64,000 nucleotides of DNA from Octopus vulgaris (lineage: Eukaryota), in contig OX597815.1 in the NCBI GenBank assembly GCA_951406725.2, positions 94,364,001 to 94,428,000 on the forward strand, read 5' to 3'. Position numbers and translations under genes: made by a program. This document shows, piece after piece, positions 26,685-42,096 of the stretch (the stretch's first letter is position 1; every line of letters starts with the position of its first letter). Below the pieces are notes generated by a model. It had not been told where the DNA came from and searched no databases. It was given only the letters and a program-made list of their open reading frames with translations.

Positions 26685-29127
26685 TTATATATGTTAGTGT
26701 GTGTATGTGTGAATGTATAGATACATAAAATAATGGCTAACCGTGTATTGGTTTATGTAGGTATAAATTGAACTATGTATGTCAGTCAATGTATATGATT
26801 AGATAGAATTGTGTATGTGTGTATGTCGAGAGATTCATATTTATGAGTAAATTTATGCCAGTGTATATGCGCAAACATATATGTATCATTTGTATATGAA
26901 CTACATGTATGTGTACGTGTATAGTAGAACTGTACTAAAGATTGAATTGCTCATGTCTGTGAGATTAAATGTGTGAGCCTTTGTACTTTTATATGCAACT
27001 GTACATATGTTTGCTAGTGTGTATATTTGATCTGTTTGTGCATGCATGTGTTAGTCAGTATCTGTGTTTGGAGTGATGTATACATATGTACGTGTGTGTT
27101 TGTGCGTGTAAAGTAGGCTCCCTCTGTTTCTGTTTGTATATAATGTGTATCATTACATATACGTGGAAACGTAATGAGTGTGAACGGCACAAGGTGTATA
27201 TGTTTATAAGTTTATTTATGAGCTCGCTGTTTGCATACACATACATATATGTATATGAACCACATACACACGGACACACGCAGACACGCTCAGACACATA
27301 AATGCGCACACACATACATGCGTTCAAGTTTTATCTTTTTTATTAAGGAAATATTTTTCTGTTTCCTTATTACTCGTTTATATTTTCTTTGGGACAATAA
27401 ATTTATTAGTTTCCTCGACTTTCATTTCAAGATCTTTTTTCTCTTATCTTCTGGATGAACTGATTTTAGTATCAGCGTTTATTGGCTGTTGTCTTGCAGA
27501 CAAGAATCATGGGAAGGGTATCCTCTCTATTTCTCTTTCGTTATCACTCAGCTCTCAAAATTTTACTGACCTTTCGCCTCAGATTCCTTTTAACAATTGC
27601 GAATTAGTTTGGCTGTAGCGCCTGGCTTTGTTATTGTTGCACCAGACAAGCTCTGATAAAACAAGCTCTGAAAAAACAAACAAACCTATGATCAAAGGCT
27701 CTTTTAACCATAACCATTCTGTGTAATGTTCTAGTATAACTTATATACTCCTGACAACTTCACATGTCCTTTCATGAGACATTTAGATGTAATGCGGCTG
27801 TTATTTCTGGCACTTTGAGCCACTGCGTCGAAGTTTCTTCATTGACTGGAGGAACTGTTAGGTTGTCATTCGGAAGTGTTATCTGCTTATCGAGTTTTGA
27901 ATTATACTTTACGGTTGATATTGTCTTCATAAGCAATTTTCATGTGTTTCTGTTTCTTTAAGTCATTTTTAATGCCTTAAACAGAGGAGGAAAGATAATA
28001 CCCATAAACATTTTTTCAACACATCTCTAACTGGTGGGAAGAAGGGATTATGTTATATTCACAGCTCAGACCTGGTTCGAATACTTGTAACAGGGTTGAA
28101 ATTACTAAAACACCAAAAAGCCAGGTGGTTGTTTTAAAGCAAGCGACGGATTGAATCTACCGCCCCAAAGCAGGAACGATTCCTCTGACTACGCAGTTTC
28201 CATCCATCAAGTTCCACTCAGCTTCCAAAGCTTTCGTTGACATGATATTATCAGTAATGTTCAGTGAGACTGAAACCGAAAACACGTAGGTCTGAAACAA
28301 ACTTGTTATAGACGCATGAACCCAATCTCACCATTTGTCACATAAAATATTTTGTATTTTAAATGTTATTATTAAGAATGTCAGTCTTGAGGGACATAGT
28401 AGTGCTGAGTATAACAGGAGTATTCAGTATAATGGTAATGTTGAGAAAATTGCAGTGCTGAGTACAACAGCAATGCTGAGTGAATATAATAGCTATTTCT
28501 GCTATTGACTAGCATTTGCTATATTCTCTTGTTGTTGTTGTTGTTTGTGCCAAGCTTATTCCTGATCGGGGTAGATCTATGATCAAAAGCATTTCAGCCG
28601 TGACCATCACATCTTTTTCCTATATGTGTGGAACCCAGGATCACAATATTTAAATATAGTAAGGTATGATTTGAAATAGAGTTACCTGCTTTTCCTTCTA
28701 GGTCGAACCATCACTTAAACATCATGTCACTGGTTGGCGTTATTCTATATTTAATGGTGATTCCATTGTGGAGGAGAATCTGAAAGTTCTGCTGAGTAAA
28801 TATTTTATGACTGACGTTTTATATCCAAGCCTGCATTCATTATATCCATTCATGCAATGGCAGTTATTGGTGGTTTTAGGATATACTGATATATGTAGTA
28901 TTTCCAGTAATACATTTTGAAAAGAAAAGCTGTTCCTCATGTACATAGATATGAATTGTATGATAGAACAACCAAACAAAACAAAACAAAAATAGCGAAA
29001 ATTATATTTGAGAATTACAATGAACGATTACAGAAACGCAAATTGAACAGCGCATTCACAATTCAGAATATATAAATAAATAAATATATATTATATATTG
29101 TTTACGTCATATGTACACGCACACACA

Positions 29128-29214
<87 letters not shown>

Positions 29215-29340
29215 ACACACACATACACACACATACTGTATGTATACAGATAAATCATGCACATATATAAATACACATCTATATATCTAATTTATATATG
29301 TGTACGTATAAGAATTTACGTATATGTACACGTATAAAGA

Positions 29341-29419
<79 letters not shown>

Positions 29420-29899
29420 GTACACACATAAGCAACAAGTGGAAAGTTACGTTTCAAGAAAGCTATCGATAAATCACCAAGTAGAAATCATTTATTAAAT
29501 AATATTCTTACAGCTATTGATAATACACAGACATCCTATTCGCGCTGAATAAGAAACAATAACATAAAAATAGCTGAACAAACTCTATAACAGTAAACTC
29601 AAGGTGCCGACACACGAAGATAATTTATCTCCCATAGCACACACACACAACTCAGATTAAATTACGTTTCTCAACCTTGGTATCAATCTAAACCTAGAAC
29701 GAAAATATTACCAAAACCAAAAGGAAAGTCAAACACGATCTACTCTACCAATCCTTAGAGAATTTCAGAGATAAACACAATAATAATAATCGACAAACTT
29801 CAAGACTTATTCAAAGGCAAAAACCAATAAACAGAGATACAGACATAGCAACAAAAAAAGTACTTAACACGAAACTTAAACAGTCACGGCACACAATCT

Positions 29900-30220
29900 G
29901 AAAAGCAAACCAATAACAAAATAGGCAAAGTGATAAGAGTAGTTTATTTGTTATTTTGACTTAAGACAAATGCATCATAAAAATTATCAATCACCTAAAT
30001 GGTAATAGTAAATTCATTTGAATTAAGAAAACTCAGATTCTTTCTGTAGACATTAGTAATAGCAAAATAATTCCTGCTGCAAATGTGCAAAAAGGAACTT
30101 GTCTATTCTTTCATTCAAAAGTAGCCGCACCAACTTATTTATGGAAGTGCAAAATCTACTAACCATATATCCCTTTCTGACTCATAATTAAATAAACAAA
30201 CACACAAACGATTGACAATT
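29900..30220 (+). mobile_element. Decayed Penelope-like RT N-terminal remnant
   Basis: RQSDKSSLFVILT*DKCIIKIINHLNGNSKFI resembles the PLE ADK..VI.D..Y..K...L.D.SKF block; later PTYL/YGSAK../PF*LII resembles YG.PK.HK..P.RPII. Confidence 0.5.
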
Positions 30221-30639
30221 TTCCTCACTATTATTAAAGGATATTCGAAGGTGAGCTGTACAATTTGTTCAGTGGATAGGCTTTGAGATATTCTAGAAGA
30301 ATTTGATTAATCTGCAGCAGTTGCAGTTGTACCTCTGCACGCATCATTTCCCTGACATCTACGGGGGGGGGGGGGAAATAATTGAGATAATATAGGACAA
30401 AGGCCTACAAAGGTTATAAATCCATCTACACAATCAGTGTACATGTATAATAACTATTGTCATGCTGCTCGATCGAGCCTTCATTTATTGTATTTAGAGC
30501 GAATTAGACTTTTAGAAAGAAGATGGGTTGAAGTGGGCTTCTAATTGGCTCAACTAATGTTGTATTCTAGATGGTTTACTCGAAAGAATCAACGTAAAAG
30601 CGAGCAACAAGTGAACCACGATGTGGTTGTTAAACTAGG

Positions 30640-31290
30640 AACCGCAATTAACTCTGTGAAATTAACAACGGAGATGTCCCCCAGATAAAAACGATTGTCT
30701 AAAAATGTCATCATGATACATTCTATCTATGAAGCATAAGGTAGTTATAAATTTCCTTCTCAAGTCATATAGACCTATAGGTACGGTTTCCCGGTTACCA
30801 TAGCAAATATATACCCCGCCTGGATGGGACGCCGGTTCGTCGCAGGATTACGCATTGTTACCAGCTGATTGAACTAGAGCAACGTGAAATGAAGTGGTTC
30901 CCTCAACAACAGAACCCGTCGTTCGGCCCAGAAATAGAAATCTCAATCTTACGATCACGAGTCTAATGCCCTAACCACTAAGCCATGTGCCTCTACATAA
31001 GGTAGTGACCTACTGCAATCCATAGAAAGGATAATCCTGAAGACCAAAAATCAAGACGTTACAATGATGTAAAGAGCATACAATCTGATAAATGCTGGTA
31101 GAATATTCTTGTTTTCCTGTATATACAACTGTAAAATGTAAGCTTAGCAGACCACACTTAATCATATGGGATCCAAAATGTGCTGGGTAGTAGAAACAGT
31201 TGTCTAGCAGACCTTCACAAAATGTTAAAGATAAATTTAAATAGACTAAAAAAATGCAAGTACTACACCTGAGGAATAACCTATAATCTA
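30640..31290 (+). mobile_element. Old R4/Dong-like LINE C-terminal remnant, split by a SINE
   Basis: LCEINNGDV../CLKMSS*YILSMKH and HRKDNPEDQK match the Zn-knuckle and RKDNPED region of the element at 51121-54010. Confidence 0.5.
30746..30995 (-). mobile_element. tRNA-derived SINE with 11 bp TSD
   Basis: TSD cataaggtagt at 30735-30745 and 30996-31006; head tagaggcacaTGGCTTAGTGGttagggca. Confidence 0.85.
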
Positions 31291-31751
31291 TATTATACTA
31301 AAACTCAAAATTGGTTTTCCTGACATTTGATTAAGATGATGATTACAAATAAAATAGTCATTTTCCCCTTTAAGACAAAAAAATGAAATTGAAAATATCG
31401 ACACTTCAATTAGTCGTTGATGGCTACCGCTGTTCGTCCTTTTTCCTTTCTTTCTTCTTTCCTTAATCATTGATACAACTTTCGAGTCCTTTAGACTGAA
31501 AGAAAGAAGGTCTCCCTATATATTTGAGATATTTTTGAATCATGGGCACTTGATTTTTTTTCTTAAAGGGGAAATTACTATTATTACACCAAAAAGCATC
31601 TAGAAAGAACGGTGTCTGGGATGTACTGAGCAATTCTTAATCATTAAAATTGTGATGTCCGAGATGTAACTGCCTATGGGTCAGTTTGAGGGTATTCTGT
31701 TACTTTCACCACTCGTGGATTTGACTTTCAAAGTTCCAGACACGATAATCG

Positions 31752-32059
31752 TGGAGGCAAATGGCCTAGTGGTTAGAGCAGCGGACTCGCGGTCGAGGGA
31801 TCACGGGTTCGAATCTCAGACCGGATGATGTGTGTATTTATGAGTGAAACACCTAAGCTCCACGCAGCTCCGGCAGAAGGTATTGGCGAACTTCTGCTGA
31901 CTCTTTCGCCACAACTTTCTCTTACTCTTTCCTCCTGCATTTTGCAGCTCCCCTGCGACGGACCAGCGTTCCGTCCAGGTGGAGAACCTATATGCCAAGG
32001 AAACCGGGAAACGGCCCTATGAGCCAGGCATGGCTCGAGAAGGAACAAACAAAACAACA
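31752..32059 (+). mobile_element. Full-length tRNA-derived SINE, family C
   Basis: A box TGGCCTAGTGG, B box GGTTCGAATCT, (CAA/CAAA)n tail. Confidence 0.85.
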
Positions 32060-33887
32060 ATAGATACTATAATCAAAGCCAGGGACAACGAGGCTTTATC
32101 ACATATCACATAAAATTTGACAGAGGGCGTGATTCTATTGTCTCTGAAAGGATAAAATATCACAGAGACCGTACATTCACAAAGAGACTGTAGATTTATA
32201 ATGTAAGTTTATAATGCAGTGAACTCTTGATATTTTTTGTTGAGAAATTTGAAGGGTATAAATATGCAAGACTCAATGGAAGAGAAAAATATTATTTAAC
32301 ACAGAGCTTCCGTGTACATGACCTTAAACTATGTATATATAAAAGCAAAACAAAAAAACAAACAAACAGGAATAATATGAATAAAAAGCTTTTACTTGGT
32401 GACTACATTCTCAGTTGACATGAGGATGGATTTTGATAAAGATAAATATTCCTACTCGATTGAAGAATGAAGAGAAACTACAGGCCACTCTAACAACATC
32501 TCTGTTAATACATTACTATGTCTTCGGTATCCGAGGAAGAAAATTAAAGATAACAGGATAGAAATATATCCTATGATGGCACTTGTAATAAAGTTCACAT
32601 AACCAGAGGCTATTGCATTTAGATAAAACCTATATAGTTCCAGAAAATCTCTATGTACAATAAATCAATGTGTCACAGTGTGTTTACTATACTACTAGTC
32701 ATGCAAATATTTTGGTTATTCGATTGGATAGTAGATGAGATCTGGGCCATATACATTAAAACCCTCCAAACTACCAATAAATTCCAGAATTGTCCGTATC
32801 TATGACTTCCTCTACATAGATCGAAAGCAAAGTAACAGATATTAACATTGATTCAAATAGACTTTAAATGTCGTATCCTATGCATTCGACAGAACCTACT
32901 AAGCAGTAAGCGTTGAAGTATGTCCATGGATCAACTCTAAATACATGAATTAAATAGTATCATGAGGATTGCAATAAAGCAACTCGGTAAGTATATCCTA
33001 ACTGATAACCAAGAATACACACACACACAGATGTTGCATAGCTATACCGCAAGTAAACTCGTTGAAAGTCAGCTACATTTATTTCTGTTTTATAGATAAT
33101 AAATCTACAAATTTTATCAAAACCTCAAACGTTGCACATTCAGCTCAACCGGAATGCAAATATCGAAATATAAGAAATATAACAAAGTCCTACCACACTG
33201 TTTAACAAAACTGCTTGTCGAAGGAACTATCACAAAGAGCTGACGTAAAACCTGTAGAAGCAAAATCAGAAAAAATAAAGACTTAACGATTTTAAAAATC
33301 AAATAGGCATAGAATATCCTTTATTCCTATATAGATGTTGGAGTAAATTCTACTTCAGTATCAAATTATATTTGGTACCTAAAAACAGATGAAAAATCCC
33401 ATCAATAAAATTAAGTGTAACTTCAAATGAAAAGTGATATACCGTTCGAGACACTAATAATATTTTATGTGTAACTGAGGGGAGGAAAATATTAAACGTA
33501 CTTACAAAAATCTTAAATACGAGAGAAGAAACATTTTCTTGTGTTTACACTAGAAAAATTATAACTTCGATCTTTCCAACATTTCTCTCCGCGGTTGCAT
33601 TTGAATTACAAATTGGTTGAATATGTAATTGTGATATGGAGTGAGAATTGCAAAATTTGTCATTGAAAATCTAAAGTTTTAACGAAGGGAAGCAGGGGTT
33701 TATTATGGATTCTGTTACCATCCCTTGAAAACAAAATGTTTCTTTAAACGATTACTCCTGGGTGTTGATGAGTTCTTCACCGTGAATTATCGCCTTTAAA
33801 CTTTCCGATGTGCATACAGTCCATCGGAAAGTTTAATGTGACGTAGAATAGCTTTCTATTTTTATACTGTTCTAAGCGTTCGATAAC

Positions 33888-34225
33888 TTACCTCGTCTGG
33901 CCTAACGGCCCTCCATGTTTGTTTTCGTTTGGTTTGTTGTATGTCTCCACTGTTCTGTTTTTGTTACCAACTTTGACCCTCTGCAAATCCCAAATCTTAT
34001 ATTGTTTCGCGGGAGCAACAGTTTTCTGAAGCCTCATATTGTCGCTAATTCCTCGAAATGTGGAGTAGATGAACAACCGACAACTGATGAAGGGTCGTCC
34101 TTTATGTTACTTATCTTGTTTTCCATTTACTTCTTGTTTTCCATTTGTTTCTCTCTTTGTTCGCATACCCAAGTTTGCCTACGTAATTCATGTTGTTTAC
34201 GTTTTGTAACGTCCTGTACCCATAT
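33888..34225 (+). mobile_element. Probable PLE pseudo-LTR remnant with degenerate hammerhead halves
   Basis: T-rich LTR-like composition; CTGAA..cctcGAAAtgt at 34026-34061 and CTGATGA at 34084-34090; ends at a microsatellite. Confidence 0.35.
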
Positions 34226-34226
34226 G

Positions 34227-34282
<56 letters not shown>

Positions 34283-34283
34283 C

Positions 34284-34349
<66 letters not shown>

Positions 34350-34791
34350 ATAAATATATATATATATATACATATATATACATTTACATACATATGAGAG
34401 TATGTACATATGCCTATATATGTATATATATATATATATGAGGTGTATTCTGTTAGGAACGTATTAGAGTACGGTAATATTACGGTATACTTTCAAGTCT
34501 AGGTTCAGATTCAAAAGAGCCAGTTGGATATGTTAGCATCAACGTCAATGATTTACTAACGGGAACAGCGATTATATATCACTTGAGGAGATACAACTGG
34601 ATCCCATTATACAGGTAAACCGTTGCTTAATTTAAATCTTGTGTATGTGTGGATCTATGTTGTATTGAAGCTTGTATAGTGTTTATTAAATAGTTGTCTA
34701 AACGTACTCAATCTTGACTCTTTGTATTTAATTATATGTATATATATATATATAAATAAATGTAGCCTGGAATAACACTATTATTATTATT

Positions 34792-35345
34792 CAGTGAGAG
34801 AGCAATGCACGCCATCAAAGTGACACTAGGTTACAAATACACGAAGCCCAATATACCCATCATGATTATCCATTTGGCTAGGGTACACCAGGTATAAATA
34901 TCATAACCATATGTGTGTGACATGGTGACTTCATATCAAGATAAACAGCGCATGACCTTGCAGATGGGGTTCAGTTAGAATTTTCTTTAGGTCAAGTGAC
35001 CCATCTCGCTTGAAAGGTCCCTGTTGTAAGGTTTGTTTAAGGACGATGAACGAAAAACCCATGTTTCCAGAGGTGAATTATTCAAACCCCAAAGAATCCC
35101 TCTCAACACATGGCCACGATGCTGCCACACTACTTCTGCTCATGATCAAAGATGCACATATCGTTGGCCACGAAGGGAAATGCTCAGTTGGTTATGGTCA
35201 AGCAACTGACAAGCAAATCTGTGTTATTGAGCAGATTATTTGCTGTAGCCAATCTTTTATACCAGGACAAACGTACATGATAACACTTCGAATCAGTTAA
35301 GATCAAAAGCTATGAGCGCCACTGCCTTGTACTGCTTCAGGGCAT
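34792..35345 (-). mobile_element. ~550 bp non-coding interspersed element between trinucleotide microsatellites
   Basis: Sharp boundaries against (TAT)n and (TAC)n; the minus-strand 3' end ACTG(AAT)n equals the 3' end of the Dong fragment at 13719-13735. Orientation is inferred from this. Confidence 0.55.
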
Positions 35346-37215
<1,870 letters not shown>

Positions 37216-37271
37216 TTCATCATGATCATGATCATCGTCATCATCATCATCTTATTATTATTATTACTATT

Positions 37272-37360
<89 letters not shown>

Positions 37361-37494
37361 GACCGCAAGCAAGCAGTATAGTTAGGGAGTCGGACAAAAT
37401 GTTTACCTGCATTTTTCCGGCTCTTTGCATTGACTCGAATTTCGCCTAGGTCGGCTTTGACTAACCCTAACCCTAACTACTACTACTACAACTT

Positions 37495-37527
<33 letters not shown>

Positions 37528-38811
37528 CTTCTTCTTCTTCTTCTTCTTCTTCTTCTTCTTCTTCTTCTTCTTCTTCTTCTTCTTCTTCTTCTTCTTCTTC
37601 TTCTTCTTCTTCTTCTTCGTCTTCTCTTTGCAAATTAGGTTTTGTTGGAACTCCTGGAATTATACATGCATAGCGGCCTTGCTATCGGCTGCTTGCGATA
37701 CTAAGATATCTGTTCTTTTCAAGCATTACCAGTTGGAATTTACTGTAGGCTTCAGGTAAAAGGAATTATTAATGTCTAAGAAGGGTTGACCTCAATACCT
37801 GCTGGTATAAAACAGAACAGAAAGGTTTTTTTTCACAAACTTTTAAAATTTTATTTTCACATCCAAAATGGCGACCACAGGATAATGACACGATACAGCA
37901 CTACAATGGCTAAAAAAAGCAACTTGAAATTAAACTGCGCAAATAAATGTACAAGAAGAAGAAAATGACCATTTTAGACAATAATTAATAGAAGAATAGC
38001 CTCAGCACTGTATGAAGTCCTTTTGAAGACAAGACACAGCGTCAGTAACACATGCGGTTGCAATTCTTACGCGATTTCAGATACAATAGCCCGTCCATAC
38101 AGCGGCTGTGTGAGAAAAGAATGACCAATAAGAAATTTTGAACCTACCACAGTTATAAGAAAAAGGTAGATGTAAAAGTGAGAATAATGTTTTGGCATTG
38201 GAGATAAAGAAGCCTAAGAGAAGGGTTGTATATCTATATATACGAAAAGACAGAGGCGGATTAAATTTCCTCTTACGTCACTTAGTCCAACACCTCTACC
38301 CCCAGTACATCTACGAAGAAATTATGTTAACTGAAAAACGCACTATTTTCTGTACCTATGAAATTGAAAACGTAGCCAAAACACATACTGAAATTGTAAG
38401 ACATAATACTGATTATACATTTGTGCTCTAGTAAATGGGTGAAAAAAAATTAATAACAAAAAGTCGCAATAATAGACAATGGATACGGTGTAGACCCATA
38501 TCTAGTTGTGGTTTTGTGAGGCAATATGGTATAATAGTCAACGAATGGTGACCCGTTGATGGGAAACGTCACATTGAACTTGCACATCCTGATGACACCG
38601 GAAAGTTACAGTGCAATACCCAGAAGAAGGCACTGAGATAAAAGGGTATGGATCAATGATACGGAATAAAAGGCTTGGTATTATTTGCCAAAATAAAGTA
38701 CACCTGCCAGAGTACCTGCAGTCAAAGCTCTGAAGATATTTCTTCAAGTACAATATCACAAATAGATGAGGAAAAACTTCGTCTCCGAATAGTATCGCCT
38801 TTATTTTTTAA

Positions 38812-39223
38812 TTCTTTATTGCGCACAAAGGGCTAAACATAGAGGGGACAAACACGGACAGACAAGCGGATTAAGTCGATTATATCGACCCCAGTGCGCA
38901 ACTGGTACTTATTTAATCGACCCCGAAAGGATGAAAGGCAAAGTCGACCTCGGCGGAATTTCAACTCAGAACGTAACGGCAGAGGAAATACCTATTTCTT
39001 TATTACCCACAAGGGGCTAAACATAGAGGGGACAAACAAGGACAGACATAGGTATTAATTCGATTACATCGACCCCAGTGCGTAACTGGTACTTAATTTA
39101 TCGACCCCGAAAGGATGAAAGGCAAAGTCGACCTCGGTGGAATTTGAACTCACAACGTAACGACAGACGAAATACCGCAAAGCATTTCGCCCGGCGTGCT
39201 AACGATTCTGCCAGCTCGCCGCC
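38812..39223 (-). mobile_element. Tandem pair of young family-A SINEs (one full-length, one 5'-truncated)
   Basis: Two near-identical units with a junction at ~38990. Confidence 0.9.
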
Positions 39224-39681
39224 TTTATTATCTCACCTTTACCGTGCGATGACTAGGAACTATTTATAAATTAAAGTACGAAAGAAAAAAGAGGAAACAA
39301 ATTACACAACAATGTCACAACATAGAATAACGAAAACAGGTAAAGAGGAACAATTCCTGCTAAACAACGAAATCTCTCTACGGGAAAGCAGTGGAGAAAT
39401 TTTGCGGTGGATGACATTCTAAGAAAATCAAGCAGTTAGAATTACACATCTTTTGTGTTACGGACTACCAGAAGTTAGAATGACAATTAGGACATTATGT
39501 TGAACTTTAAAATGCTGGTATGTTTATGTCCCCGTAACTTAGCGGTTCGGCAAAAAAGTCCGATAGAATAAGTACTAGGTTTACAAAGAATAAGTCCTGG
39601 AGTCGATTTCTTCCCCTAAAGGTGGTGCTACTGGATGGATACAGTCAAATTACTGAAACGTGTAAAAGAGTAAAAAGAATA

Positions 39682-39788
<107 letters not shown>

Positions 39789-39866
39789 GTCAGGTCACCT
39801 TCGAGTGCTACTGGTAACATGTAACCCAGTACAACCTGTTGCATACGTATATATATATATATATAC

Positions 39867-39941
<75 letters not shown>

Positions 39942-39982
39942 AAAGAAGAAAAAGAAAACGGAGGTTTAGAAGTTAAGGTTAT

Positions 39983-40070
39983 ATCTTTTTCCTCTGAAGA
40001 TATGCTCAGGTCGTGTAGATAAAAATTAAATAATTACTGAGTATTAATTGAAACAGTTGTAAGTGAAGAT
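39983..40070 (+). ncRNA. Hammerhead-like motif with long stem II, inside a TA-flanked insert (39940-40156)
   Basis: cct-CTGAAGA-t-atgctcag..ctgagtat-taatt-GAAAC agtt GTA-agtgaagat; 8 bp stem II including one G-U; imperfect stem I. Confidence 0.4.
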
Positions 40071-40162
40071 GATTAATTTGCTGTTAATAATAAACAGTTA
40101 TTAACTTTCCAATCTCCAATTTTTCTTCTTCCTTTAAATGAATATAAACTATGTTTATATAT

Positions 40163-40239
<77 letters not shown>

Positions 40240-40420
40240 AGCAATAATAAATCTCTGAGCGAGGTATAAACAGTAGCTGCACGACATCGTGAAGTATATT
40301 TGCCATTTAAATGTGGCTAACCCTTAAGCTACAGTAGCATCCACCCTTAAGGGGGCTAGCCACATTTAAGTTTAAGTGGCAAATATACTTCACGATATAT
40401 ATATATGCATAACTATTATT

Positions 40421-41413
40421 TATCAAGAAGTACTGTCTCGAAAGTAATGACAGCCTTTGAGAAAGAGGGAAAAACCTCCTCGTTGAAAAAAAAAAAAGAA
40501 CTCTGGAAGAAAACCAAAACTTTAAGATTGGGACCGTCGGATTCTTATGCGAATTGTTAGAAAGGATCCCAAAATTACTGCAGAGCTTAATGAACACCTC
40601 AAGAACCCAGTTTCCACAAATACTGTTCGCTGGGAGCTGCACAAAGTCAGATTTCACAGGAAGGCTACAATCAGAAAATCACTACTTTCAAAAACAAACG
40701 TTACAAAGCGTTTAGAGTGGAGTAAAAACCTACAGAAGTTGTCCCTGGAGCAATGGAATAATGTTAATTTCTTGGACGAGTCATCCTTTACCTTATTTCC
40801 GACCACCGGCCGAGTAAACGTGTGGAGACAGCCAAAAGAAGCATTTGACTCAGATTGTCTTCTTCCAACTGTCAAACATGTAGGAGGATCTGTGATGATC
40901 TGGGAGGGGGGGACTATACCTTGGAAATCCGCCGGCCCAATGGTTTCCCTTCATGGTAGAATTAAAAGTCAAAACTATTTAAGCATTTTATCTGATCAAT
41001 TTCATCCTGTGGTTCCGGAACTTTTTACCGAAGGAAATACAATCTTTCAGGATGATAAAGCACCAATTTATACAGCTAAAGATGTTACTGAATGGCACAA
41101 GGAACTTTCTAGTGAAGTTGAACATCTTATCTAGTCACCACAGTCCCCAGATCTCAATGTTATTGAGCATTTATAGTGCATTTTAGAAAAACATGTAAGG
41201 AGTCGATATCCTCCACCATCATCTCTACAAGAACTGGAGACTGTTTTAGTTGAAGAATGGACAAAAATTCCTTTGGAAACAATTCAAACTTTGTACGAGT
41301 CCATACCTCGAAGAATTCAAGCTGTAATTACCACCAAAGGCAGTCGTACTCCATATTAAAATATATTTGTTTGAAATTTTAAGGTGTTTCTATTATTCTG
41401 TCCAACTCCTCTA
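40421..41413 (+). mobile_element. Tc1/mariner DNA transposon, 5'-truncated, right TIR retained
   Basis: HTH remnant SRSTVSKVM..GRKPKL; right end aggtgtttctattattctgtccaactcctcTA resembles a Tc1 TIR followed by TA; no left TIR found. Confidence 0.9.
40547..41359 (+). pseudogene. Tc1-family transposase pseudogene (DD36E)
   Basis: FLDESSF, TVKHVGGSVMIW, FQDDKAP, *SPQSPDLNVIEHL*; two in-frame TAG stops at positions normally Trp; ends TPY* at 41359. Confidence 0.9.
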
Positions 41414-41419
41414 TATATT

Positions 41420-41580
41420 CGACGGACCTCTTTCAGTTACCGTCAATCAAATCCACTCACAAATCATTGGTCGGCCCGAGGCTATAGTACAAGACACTTG
41501 CCAAAGGTGCCACGCTGTACGACTGAACCGGAATCATGTGGTTGGGAAGCAAGATTCTTACCACACAGCCATGCCTACAC
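41420..41580 (-). mobile_element. SINE family B, 5' half
   Basis: ggtcggcccgaggctatagtacaagacacttgccaaaggtgccacgc..ttaccacacagcca. Confidence 0.8.
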
Positions 41581-41583
41581 GCC

Positions 41584-41638
<55 letters not shown>

Positions 41639-42096
41639 GAATGCTTGAAAATGCAATTTTAAACGATGTTTATTTACTTGACCGGTTTCACATTTTTAGA
41701 GAAAGATTGTCAAAAGTAACATGTAAAAGCTTTGTTGTGTTAGGTACTGGTTGTCAAAAAAATTTACAATACATATATACATTCTTTGATAATAATAAGA
41801 ACATGTTAAAACAGTTTACAAGGAAAAATCTTGGGAAAATATAAAAAAGTTCATTAAAATATTGGACACAAAAAGTTGCAATACTTATATACATTCTTTG
41901 ATAATAATAAGATGTTAAAAACAGTTTACAGAAAATATTTTTTTGAGAAATTATTTACAAGTTCATAAAACCTATTAGGATTTCATTAAAAATCATGTTT
42001 GTTTGGAAGTATCTATATATACACACAGAAAATTATAAGTTCAAAAAGGTCATATTTTGGTAGTAATATATATAGAGATATATTTAGTTTACAAAG

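Noticed and set aside
31752-31830. tRNA-like sequences with A and B boxes (also 6020-6090)
   Set aside because: They continue into SINE bodies and lack a complete cloverleaf; these are SINE heads, not tRNA genes.
37460-37477. (CCCTAA) telomere-like repeats
   Set aside because: Fewer than three units, inside a degenerate SINE-like fragment; not a telomere.
37700-37722. ctaagatatctgttctt resembling U2 snRNA
   Set aside because: The match is too short and gapped to support a U2 fragment or a U2-targeting element.
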